From contig NC_068981.1 in NCBI RefSeq assembly GCF_001194135.2, forward strand, positions 87,913,844 through 87,977,843: a stretch of DNA of 64,000 bases, in the 5' to 3' direction. Of the stretch, positions 27,727 to 38,430 are shown piece after piece. The notes under the pieces are model-generated. The model had not been told where the DNA came from, did not search any database, and worked only from the letters and a program-made list of their open reading frames with translations. The stretch comes from Octopus bimaculoides. Its lineage: Eukaryota. The translations under genes and the position numbers were made by a program. Each line of letters opens with the position of its first letter. The stretch's first letter is position 1.

Positions 27727-27828
27727 AATATAGGGCAGGGAATTGCTAATTAATTAATAAATTAATAATTAACAATTTTGCCAAGTTGTTCAGTATGCAA
27801 AAAAACCTTTATCGGTAAACCATTTGTA

Positions 27829-28114
27829 ATTATAAACATATAGGGATCAGCAGGAAATGTTTCACCAACATACTGAAAATTTAGAAATAGCAGTTAAAAC
27901 TACTAATTCTAACTACAATTTATTCTCCAACGGATGCCGATATTTATGGCTCACATAGAACAACGGAAGAGAAATAAATGAAAACAAACCTAGCCATAAA
28001 TATCGCCATCCGTTGGAGAATAAATTGGAGTTAGAATTAGTAGTTTTAACTGCTATTTCTAAATTTTCAGTATGTTGGTGAAGCAATTCCTGCTGATCTC
28101 TATATGTTTATAAT
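27829..28114. repeat. Inverted repeat, 123-bp arms (5 mismatches by eye), 40-bp spacer
   Basis: 27829-27951 vs reverse complement of 27992-28114; right arm runs into an N gap. Confidence 0.9.
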
Positions 28115-28400
28115 NNNNNNNNNNNNNNNNNNNNNNNNNNNNNNNNNNNNNNNNNNNNNNNNNNNNNNNNNNNNNNNNNNNNNNNNNNNNNNNNNNNNNN
28201 NNNNNNNNNNNNNNNNNNNNNNNNNNNNNNNNNNNNNNNNNNNNNNNNNNNNNNNNNNNNNNNNNNNNNNNNNNNNNNNNNNNNNNNNNNNNNNNNNNNN
28301 NNNNNNNNNNNNNNNNNNNNNNNNNNNNNNNNNNNNNNNNNNNNNNNNNNNNNNNNNNNNNNNNNNNNNNNNNNNNNATGACGCTCGGGAATACGGAAAG

Positions 28401-28437
28401 TCTTTGACGTTTCGAGCTACGCTCTTCAACAGAAAGA
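28401..28437 (-). ncRNA. Minimal type-I hammerhead-like motif, variant core (copy 1)
   Basis: UCUUU-CUGUUGA-A-GAGC(gua)GCUC-GAAA-C-GU-C-AAAGA: 5-bp helix I, 4-bp helix II, ACGU palindrome; A6 is U. Confidence 0.55.
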
Positions 28438-28611
28438 ATACGGAGACAAGGAGAAAAACATGGAGAAAAAAAATTGAATAGTGTTCAGTCAACGGTCAAT
28501 CATAATAATGGCCGATCATATGGGAGAATATACAAATAATAACAACAGACGAGGACAGGTAGTGTAAATAACAAAAGTATATATTAGTATGACGCTCGGG
28601 AATACGGAAAG

Positions 28612-28648
28612 TCTTTGACGTTTCGAGCTACGCTCTTCAACAGAAAGA
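28612..28648 (-). ncRNA. Minimal type-I hammerhead-like motif, variant core (copy 2)
   Basis: Identical to 28401-28437. Confidence 0.55.
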
Positions 28649-28778
28649 ATACGGAGACAAGGAGAAAAACACGGAGAAAAATATATATATGTGGTTATTG
28701 GCTCCCATATGCTGTCATACAGCAGGGTCATTCCTTATACTGGTTATACATGAGGAACACTGTTAGTGTATAGAATTT

Positions 28779-30580
28779 ATATATAAATTTATAGAATAAG
28801 ATGGAATAAACAGGCTTTAATTATGAAACGCGACAATTGTTTCTGTGCAGTGGTAGCAGCTGTTCATTGCTGAGTTTTCTATTATATAAATTATATTATA
28901 AATAATTGCATAAATAAATATGATCCTGCAGCAGCAGTGTACCAACACATCATCAGGTGGGTCGCTTTGAAAGTACTACTGGATCATGTTCAGTTTCTCA
29001 TCTTTTTTATATGCCTTTGCATGATTAGCATTCTCTCTTTACTGAGTAGGTTGAAGATTCAAGGCAACACAAGTTGTAAAAATATCATTATACCTTTCCT
29101 GTCACCAGGAAATTTTTTTTCCTTTTGAGGTCCTGTTTTTTAAAATTTTGGGACCTCAAAAAGGAAAAAATAAACTACAGCACCACTTGGTCAGTACTAC
29201 AAAATGCAAAACCATATAATGCATACTGTAAAGTATGTAACCTCTACTTGGAAGAAACACTTGAAATAATATTATGTAAGGATAAAATAATTAAGAAGCT
29301 CTCAGAAATAATCCTCATTTGCACCCATAGCCTGAAAAGTTCATTTCTTGAATTTAGAAAGAATATATAATGTTCAAAGTGATTTTAATCTTCTGTTGAC
29401 TCAAAAATAAACTTAACATAAGATAATTATCAATAACAAGTTAGTATTATTGTTTACCTATTTTATGTAATGATTATAATAATTTGAAAGTGCTGATGAT
29501 CATGAAATGATAGTAATATGTTATTTGCTATAAATTGCTGTTATACTGTCTTTTGGTATCATTACTGCTATGTTTAAATACATACATACACATTAGTATG
29601 AAAAAAAAAATTATAAAAATATTAGGTATGTGTGAGAGTAAAAGCATTGATTTAACCTAAAGATATAAAACAAGAATTGCCAATAGATGGTGTGTATGTA
29701 CATAAGTAGGTATGTACATAAGTTTGGCGGCTAGTAGTAGAAGTACATGTATAAAAATGACAGTGTGTATATTTATATATGTACAGATATGAAAATGTGT
29801 ATATACATATATATTCATATTAAAGTATGTGTATGTATATTCAAATATAAATATTTCTATGGATACACTGAGTGAATAAAAATCTGTATGTGTGCATGAG
29901 TAAAGGCAAATAAATCTCTTCATGTACGATAAGAATCTTAATGACTATTAAAAGACTATGATGGGTATCAGGATAACTGAAATTAAGTTTTACGAGTGGA
30001 TTGACAGACAAATGGATATCCTGCTGGGGCAAAGTGATGACTTTAGATCATTTGAAGTAAAACAGTTACAAACAATAGAGGTAATGGATACTTCTAGTCT
30101 AAGATGAAAAAAAGAAAAAATTTAGAGAAACATATGATAGAATAAAAATACAGAATGTTAGTTTTGCTCTATATTTACACATTTGATTTTTATTTCTGTT
30201 TCTATTTAGAAATGTTTGTCTATTTGTTTTGTAATTTGTATTTTTAATTTTTACTAGCATTATTTTTTCAGTATTTTTATAACTTGTGTTGCCTTGAATC
30301 TATAAGCAACTCAGTGAAGAGAGAATGCTAACTATGCAAAGGCAGATAAGATGAGAAATTGAACATGATCCAGCAGTGCTTTCAAAGCAACCCACCTGAT
30401 GACGTGCCAGTACACAGTTGCTGTGGGATCATATTTATTTATGTAACTATTTATAAAATAATTTATATAATAGTATGATATGGAAAACCTCAGCAACTAA
30501 CAGCTGTTACCACTGCACAGAAACAATTGTTATGATTTGTAATTAAAGCCTGTTTATTCCATCTTGTATAAATTTATATA
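28779..30580. mobile_element. ~1.8-kb element with ~300-bp diverged terminal inverted repeats
   Basis: 28779-29084 vs reverse complement of 30272-30580 (e.g. CATCAGGTGGGTCGCTTTGAAAG vs CTTTCAAAGCAACCCACCTGATG); TA-rich flanks. Confidence 0.7.
29140..29370 (+). pseudogene. Penelope-like GIY-YIG endonuclease C-terminal relic
   Basis: FWDLKKEKINYSTTWSVLQNAKPYNAYCKVCNLYLEE...SEIILICTH resembles the PLE pattern IWxLK...W.IL..A.PY....CxLCLxE...SE...CxH. Confidence 0.7.
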
Positions 30581-32273
30581 TATATATATATATAATAATT
30601 ATCGCCAAGCCAACATGGCATATATATATATATCATCATTGTCATCATCATCATCATCATCATCAACATCATCATTGTTTTAATATCCACTCTTTTCCAC
30701 AATTGCATGGCTCAGACAATTCATTGAGACAAATTTCTTAGAGCTGGATTCCTTTCCTACCACTAACTCTCACCTGTTTCAAGTAAGGTAATATTTCCTC
30801 ATAGCTTGGCATATTTTTACGGAAGATTGAAAAAAAATTAAAAAACTTATAAATACATACATATATCAGTATCCATGTATACACAAAATCAGTTTCCTGC
30901 AGTTTTTGTATACTAAATTCCCTTAGATAGCATTGGTTGGTACAGGACTACAGTAAAACACACCATGGTGTTGTGACACAAAGTCCAAAACCATGCAATT
31001 TCAATCTTAACTATTCAGCCATGCCTGCATCAAACTATCATATAGATAGGCATGGCTGTGTAGTTAAGTTCATTTTCTAGCCATAAAGTTTAGGGTTCAG
31101 TTCTACTGAATAGCACCTTGGGCAAAAGTCTTCTACTATAACCCTGGACCACTCACCATGGATCCACATTTCAAAGAAACAGGGGAATTGTTTCATATTC
31201 AAACTTGGTACCATGTCACTGATAGGTTTAAATGAACATTTTTCCTTCTACTCCTACATCTCTTTCTTCATTTCCTTTTCATCTCACTTTTGACTTTGGC
31301 TGCTTCCCCTTATTTCATTACTCCTTCCTTCTTCCTTCTCACAGTTACTCCTATCACTTTTTATGTATGAAGCTCACATAGTCTTGTGTTCCTTGTCAGT
31401 TGCAGCAATTTTTTTTTTTTATTAACTTAGAGGATTTCTTTCTTTCTACTTTTTCCTGAAGAAGGACACTGTTTGAAATATTGGATTTTCCACTACTCAT
31501 AGCAAGTTCACTGTACTCTTTCTTAGTTTTTATCAATGTAACTACATGATATAAGTCTTGCTATAATACCAGCTTCTTTGGAGTCTGTTTGATATATATT
31601 TTATTGTCACCTATATTGCAAGAAATGAGAATTATTTCTGTAAGAAGTGACAGGGAAGATAACTATCCCATGAGCTTCTCTAGGATCACTAGACTAGTTT
31701 TGCTTGTTAGTCATAGGCTCATCAGCAGTGACTATTCAAACGCTAAATCCAGCTGTTAGCATATATATTTTTACCGTAAAAAGTTATAGCTGATTCAGTG
31801 AAATGTTAATGCATACATTAAAAATTGATACAAATAGCTAGGCACAATATAATACTATAAAGGAAAAATTTAATTGTCACTAATTGTGACTGAGGATGCT
31901 GAAGCACCTATAATGCAAGAAATAAGAGGTAAAATCTCTTAATACTGTAAGAAGTGTGTTGTGTGGTAAGAGGTTTACTTCCCAACTACATGGTTCCAAG
32001 TTCAATCTCACTGTGTGGCACCTTGGACAAGTGTCTTCTACTATGGCCTCAGGCCAACCAAAGCCTTGTGAGTAAATTTTGTAGACAGAAACTGAAAGAA
32101 GCCCATCGTGTGTATCATCATCATCATCATCATCGTTTAACGTCCGCTTTCCATGCTAGCATGGGTTGGACAATTTGACTGAGGACTGGTGAAACCGGAT
32201 GGCAACACCAGGCTCCAGTCTGATTTGGCAGAGTTTCTACAGCTGGATGCCCTTCCTAACGCCAACCACTCAA

Positions 32274-32792
32274 GGCACTATCATGCTATTAGCTGTCAGA
32301 AGTGAAAGTGCTCACTGCTAGTGAAGTATCTGTCTGCCTGCATGCCTGTTGCTGGCCTGTCGATTCTTTGGCTACTGACAGCTAATACCATGACTGGCCG
32401 GAGCGAGCTATATGTCTGTCTCTCTCTCTCTCTATCTATCTATTACTCGAAAGNNNNNNNNNNACTTCAAACTTCATTTGTTTTCTATTTTGATAAATTC
32501 TCTCTGTTGAAAATGATATTTTTATATTTTAAATAATTTGCAATTTCAGGAAATATGTTTTTATATTAAATTTGTGTTTTCTACTCACGACTAGCTAGCT
32601 CGGACGCGCGAACTTTCGAGTAATAGATAGATAGAGAGAGAGAGAGACAGACATATAGCTCGCTCCGGCCAGTCATGGTATTAGCTGTCAGTAGCCAAAG
32701 AATCGACAGGCCAGCAACAGGCATGCAGGCAGACAGATACTTCACTAGCAGTGAGCACTTTCACTTCTGACAGCTAATAGCATGATAGTGCC
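32274..32792. repeat. Perfect 180-bp inverted repeat (GGCACTA...TAGTGCC) around a 159-bp spacer containing a 10-N gap
   Basis: 32274-32453 is the exact reverse complement of 32613-32792 by eye, including the (TC)7 tract. Confidence 0.85.
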
Positions 32793-33519
32793 ATATATAT
32801 ATATATATATTTATATGTATGTATATATTTGTGTGTATCTGTGTGTTTGTCCTCACACCATCACTTGACAACTGATGCTGGTATGTTTATGTCCCCGTAA
32901 CTTAGTGGTTTGGCAAAAGAGACCAATAGAATAAGTACTAGGCTTACAAAGAATAAGTCCTATGGTCGATTTCTTTGACTAAAGGTGGTGCTTCAGCGTG
33001 ACCACAGTCGGATGACTAAAACAAAAGAATATATATATTTATAAGTAATAAGAAAAGGGTGGAGGAGAATTTTGATTATCCCCACATGGTGAGTTGTAAT
33101 GCAAAAAATGTATATATAAAATAAAGGAAGGAAAGTGCACACAGTTTACATAGTTTGATATATTTTATAAGTGGAAGCATATTGTGTTTGTCGACCAGTT
33201 TTGCTTTTGCCGTTATTGTAATTTCGTATTTTCTTAAGATTTTAGTCCATGTTCTTGGAAGGAAGTTTGTGAACGAATCAACAAGAAGAGAAGCCTAAGA
33301 GGAGGTAATTAGTGATGATTATTATTCAGAACAGGGGAGATAATTGCACATTTTTTTTTGTGGTGGGGAATAAATAAATATACAAAAACTCAAAAACTAA
33401 AGTTGTGAGATGAAATATGTGTTCATATTTAGGCATGTTCTGTATTTTTTGATAAATTTTCTTTATTTAAACATTCTTCTACAGAAATTGTTTCTTTGCA
33501 CTGATAGGTAGAAAAAACT

Positions 33520-34252
33520 ATGAAGTTTGGTTGGATATTACCTGCACATCTATGTGATCACTCAAAAGAATCTGTACTTTGAGAAACAGATCTGTTCCTT
33601 GTATAGTGTGATTCTTTAAGTACCATACTTGTCTGTTCTATATAGTTATGTTCACAACCTGACCAAGTTATAACATGAATTTGATTCTCAGAAGCACAAG
33701 TGAAGTTGGTTTTGTGAAGCTCTCTCCTTGTTTGAATAGGAATTCCAAGTCTTCCAGTAGGTTGAGGCATGTTTCACAGTTTGGACATCCACACTTTTTA
33801 ACCATTGGTTTTGTAGTTGTTGTATAAAGCTTTGTATTTGTCAGAAGTCACTTCACTGATTTGTGTTGCTTTTTGCATTTGATGAATTTATGTGTTTTAA
33901 GAATGTTGTTCATTTTTGTTTCCCTAGTGAGTGTAGGTGGATTTTGTACAATAGTGTTGTATGCCTCATTTTCCCTAGGGTTGTGAGTTGATATATGCAG
34001 TAGCATTTTGAGATGAGATGCGGTATTAGAATTTCAATGCCTAATTTCTAGGCACGCTTAATTTCATCATCTATAAGTGAGGGTGTATATTGTCTCTCAG
34101 TTAGCATTGTTCTGAGGTCTTCAAGACGGAGATCCTGAGTGTTTCCATCAGACACTATTGTGCAAATCCTTTTCGCTAAATTAAAGGGGATATTTCTTTT
34201 GATGTGCTTCAGGTAGCATGTGCTTCTAGTCCGTTGGTTTATGATAAATATC
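33520..34252 (-). mobile_element. Penelope-like element relic: RT thumb, Cys linker, GIY-YIG
   Basis: TDIYHKPTD...KHIKRNIPFNLAKRICTIVSD...RLEDLRTMLTERQY, then CGCPNC..C and FTCASENQIHVITWSGCEHNYIEQT; frameshifted. Confidence 0.8.
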
Positions 34253-34810
34253 AGTTCTCATTCCTAAGGTATTTTTCGATGTTATTATTATTATTCAGGT
34301 CATTGCTTGGAATCAAACTTGGGGTTAGTAGCCCGCGCTCTTAACCACTACGCCATATACCTCTGGGCAATTATGAAGAGAATTTTATGGCTTATAAATC
34401 TAGTATTTTCCTATCCTTCCTCAATACCGGTTCCCGTATGCTATTCATATCTGCACTCGGTATGCTTAGGAGGTTGTTGTGTCCTACCATATGTGCTGCT
34501 TCTTTTAGTTTTCGTATTTTCCAGTAGTGTTCTCTGTCTATTATTTTAACTTCATCCCACAGTGGGAGGTGGTCTCCATTTTTCCATACATGATCAGCTA
34601 TATTCGATTTATCAATATCTCCTCATGTCACAGCCTTGCAATGTTCCTCTACTCAACAACAACAACATCGAAATATACCTAAGGAATGAGAACCCAGATT
34701 TCGAAGTTTCCTCAAGATACCTGATGAAGGTTGGAGGGTATATCAGCTGAAAAGTTGTGTTAACAACAAACAAGATGAGGACAAATATCCATCAAATGTA
34801 AATAATGTAT
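34253..34810 (-). mobile_element. Second PLE: GIY-YIG C-terminus (34652-34392), 3' terminal repeat (34391-34253) and inverted terminal-repeat copy (34654-34810, +)
   Basis: EEHCKAVT*GDIDKSNIADHVWKNGDHLPLWDEVKIIDREHYWKIRKLKEAAHM...; CATCGAAAAATACCTTAGGAATGAGAAC present inverted at 34253-34280 and 34666-34693. Confidence 0.8.
34716..34761 (+). ncRNA. Decayed minimal hammerhead-like motif in PLE terminal repeat
   Basis: GAUAC-CUGAUGA-A-GGUUG(gagggutauat-type 10-nt loop)CAGCU-GAAA-A-GU-U-GUGUU; canonical CUGAUGA and GAAA, but 11.1 and 15.2 are not C. Confidence 0.55.
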
Positions 34811-34851
34811 ATATATATATACACACACACATCAAGCTTCTTTCAGTTTCT

Positions 34852-35077
34852 TATTTCTTTATTGCCCACAAGGGGCTAAACAAGGACAGACAAAGGGATT
34901 AAGTCGATTACGTCGACCCCAGTGCGTAACTGGTACTTAATTTATCGACCTCAAAAGGATGAAAGGCAAAATTGACCTCAGCAGAATTTGAACTCAGAAC
35001 GTAATGGTAGACGAACTACCGCTAAGCATTTTGCCCGGCGTGCTAACGTTTCTGCTAGCTTGCTGCCTTTCAGTTCT
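34852..35077 (-). mobile_element. tRNA-derived SINE with Nin/Deu-like core, LINE-like tail and 16-bp TSD
   Basis: Minus-strand A/B-box-like head, core GCCTTTCATCCTTTTGAGGTCGATAAATTAAGTACCAG, tail ...CCCCTTGTGGGCAATAAAGAAATAA; flanked by GCTTCTTTCAGTTTCT at 34836-34851 and 35078-35093. Confidence 0.88.
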
Positions 35078-35785
35078 GCTTCTTTCAGTTTCTGCCAACC
35101 AAATCTACTCGCAAGCCATTGGTTGGCCCAGAGCTATAGTAGGAGACACTTACTGAAGGTACTATTCTGTAGGAATCTGAAATCTTATGGTTGAGAAACA
35201 AGCTTTTCTTAACTACAGTCATATCTGTATGTATATCATCATCATTTAATGTCTGCTTTCCATGCTGGCATGGGTTGAATGGTTTGATAGCAATTGGCGA
35301 GTTGCCATGGTTCCAGTTTTCTATTGTGGCATGGTTTCTATGGCTAGATGTTCTTCCTAATGCCAACCACTTCAGTGTATTGGGTGCTTTTTACATGGCA
35401 CCGGTGGATGACAACTTTACACCACTCAGGTGAGAAGCCTCCAGCTCATTCTGTCCTCAAGGGGTTTCTCCATATGATGTGTCTTATAGGCAGTAAGGTA
35501 CTTCCTTGGAGAGAACTTGATTGTTCTGGGTAGTTCCTGCTGAGAGTTTTATGAGGTTAGAGTGCAAATCTTACAACAATCTCTTTTAGTTGCCTTTTAT
35601 GACATGCAAAAGAAATGTTAGGTCTGTTCTTTGGTATGTCAGTCCCTACACAGCACAAAACCCTCTGTAAATAAAAATAATCCCTTACTTCAAATGCAGG
35701 TAAGCAGGCAGAGCATTTGGCTGTAAAATCCTACATCAAATATCTCTCTGTTTTACCCATGCTAGCATGGAAAAAACATTAAATA

Positions 35786-35818
<33 letters not shown>

Positions 35819-38208
35819 ATGAGTTTTTCCATCTATATTTTGCTTTGATCAGCCCGAGGTCATGCTAGATGGTACTTTCTCTTGGTGCTGCACAATGGCA
35901 TCAAACCCAAACACATGTTTTGCAAATAAGTATCTCTTATCCAGAATATTAGAGAGATTTGCACATCATCATAGTCATTTAACATCTAATTTTCATTGTT
36001 GGCATGGGTCGGACAGAATTTCTTGAAACAGATTTTCTAATTAGATATCCACCTTGTCACCAAACATCATGTTTCAAACAAGCTAAGATTTTCCCATGGC
36101 CAGACATGGTTTTCATGGAAAAATGGAAACAAAGAACATTGCTTGTAAGATGGTGATGCTCCTTCACACAATGTCAAGACAAGAGTTCACACAAACATCA
36201 TCATTAGTTAACATTCACTTTCCACACTGGCATGGATTGGACGATTTGAGAGGAACAGGCAAATCAGAAGACTACACTAAGCTCCATTGTCAGTTCTGGC
36301 ATGGTTATTTTGGTTGGATGCCCTTCCTAATGCCAACCACGTTACAGAATGTACTGGGTGTTTTTTTATGTGACACTAGTAGCATTGAGCTCAGTTAACT
36401 AGCAGGACAAGATCACTGAAATGGAGTGGGGTGTAGTATTTAATCTATTCATGTAATATATGATAGACAGGGCTTTTATGAGATGTGATTTAGCAGGTAC
36501 ATTAGTCTTGGGCTCAGAAAGCTTAGGGAGAGGCTTGTGATTATCTGCTGGGCCTCTCAGTGAAAAAAATTAATTTCACAGCCTCTTTGAATTTTGAGAG
36601 CAATCATGCCTCCCAGGACTCAAAAAACTATCTTGAGCCGTCTCTCAGATGGCCCCCATCAGAGATGCAAATGGAATTATAATAGGAGTATCCTGATTTG
36701 ACACTTTCCTATTCTCAGCAGCCATTTTTTTTTATCTACTAAAGGAATTGGAGGGTAAAAATGTAAAAAATTGACTGCTTTGGGCAAAAAAAATATTTTC
36801 ACAGAAGAAAATCATTCAATTTCTTCTCCATGAGGTAGTGATAATTATTCCAGAAGTTCATTGATCTCCTATTACTCATTTCAGGAGTGTAATAGCTTAT
36901 TTAATAATCCTTTAACAAATATAAAAATTGGCAGTTGATAATAGGATATATTTTGAGAATCATTATGCAAATAATTCCTTGGTTATTCAACTCTGCATGT
37001 GCTTATGTTATTTTTGGAAAAATGAAACCCTACACCACTTATTCCCTCCTCTCCTGAAATCTTATGAATGATTACAAATGCCCCCCCCCCCCACCAGCTC
37101 CATAGTAATGTATAACAATTAATTGATAGTAAACTTAAATTAATGGTCTTGTTCCAGAGAACAAGACTTAATTTATGATTTCTTCCCATCATTGAAGTTG
37201 GTTGATGAGGAAACTGCTGATACTTATAAGATCATTTCTGTAAAATGCTTGTCTTGGGTTTTAAGAAGCGATTACATAGCACCATTGATCGCAAACAAGC
37301 TCTGTAGTAATCTATTACAACTGAGTGCATAGTCACTCTTAAAAGCACTCATACAGGGATTTAGGAAGCAATCACATTATGTATGTGTATAAATATAACA
37401 ATTGTGTAAACATGGCCCAACTGACAATACAGGATATAAATTCAAAGTGATTATAATGAATAATCAACATGTATCTAATGATTCTAATTTAAAATTCTTG
37501 ATCTATTAAAATTATCTCCATTTTCAAAGAGGGGAGAGTAGACCAACTGCTTACTGCAATGAGCACAAACTCCAAATGAGGAGATAATCTCAAGAATTCT
37601 CCATGATTTACATGCCATTAGGAAAAGAGTCTGATTATAGGAAGACAAGAAGACAGATCTGGCATGTTTCTGATTCAATAGGTGTCATCAGCACAGCAAC
37701 CCTCATACCTTACATTCAGTAGACAAGACACTTAGACATAAAAAAAACCCAACAAAAATAAACTTCTTGACTGAACACGTTCATGGTCTAGGTAATTTGC
37801 ATAAATAAAATGAAAATGAACCAAGAAAAATAAATCAGAGGGGCCAGATGAATAAGGATATCTTAATTCTTTTTGTTTTTTTTTTGTGTCGCATCTGTTG
37901 AAGGTTTAAGTAGGACAGCTCTCCTTAGGTCTTAAAATAATTCGACTGTCTTTTCCCTCATGGCATGCATGCCAATTTTGGGGAAATTCTTGTGATGATT
38001 TCTCTTTACTTGTTGGTACCAATCATAAGTGTTTGTTCTAGTCTCTGGAAGCAGGGAATTTCAAATAAATCAAGTCATCTTATTATATATGCGTACGTGT
38101 CGAATACGCATGCTGCCCTTCATTTTATAACCAAAATTTTCTTCGGATTCCAATGACCTCTTCTGTGTCTGTGTACGCGCGTGTATATATATATATTCTC
38201 GATATGTA

Positions 38209-38232
38209 AATCGAACAAAATATATTTTATAT
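38209..38232 (+). repeat. Left target-site duplication of the LINE
   Basis: AATCGAACAAAATATATTTTATAT, identical to 43382-43405. Confidence 0.95.
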
Positions 38233-38430
38233 GAATCACTGTTACTTCCGTCTTTTGAGAGTTAGACATGTTTTTTGCTGAGTGAAGGAGAGATTTGTTG
38301 CTAAATTTGTTGATATTTTTGAATTGTTGTGAACTGTTTATTGCTTGTGCAAACATTATTGTTAATTCCCTCGTGTGGGGGAAATTATTGTGATTCATTA
38401 TTTGTGTTTTATTACGCAAAACTTTACGCA

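Larger units (their letters stand above)
28378..28681. repeat. ~93-bp direct repeat, period 211 bp, each unit carrying a hammerhead-like motif
   Basis: 28378-28470 equals 28589-28681 with one mismatch; the first copy starts at an N gap. Confidence 0.9.
1942..32463. other. Assembly gaps: 1942-2041, 2528-3011, 16264-16606, 18848-19363, 28115-28377, 32454-32463 (coordinates span first to last gap)
   Basis: Runs of N; most abut microsatellites or repeats. Confidence 0.98.

Noticed and set aside
30396-30430. CTGATGA in the arms of the long-TIR element
   Set aside because: No GAAA or helix II/III follows in either arm.
1857-32536. Long ORFs in the track made mostly of X (e.g. 2173-3075, 16231-16659, 18781-19513, 28100-28492)
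   Set aside because: They only span N gaps and microsatellites; no coding evidence.
34305-34360. Functional tRNA gene
   Set aside because: A and B boxes are present but the acceptor stem and variable/T arms are incomplete; treated as a tRNA-derived segment.
36500-38200. Possible minus-strand gene divergent from TTLL4
   Set aside because: Isolated donor/acceptor-like motifs but no exon chain or recognisable protein.
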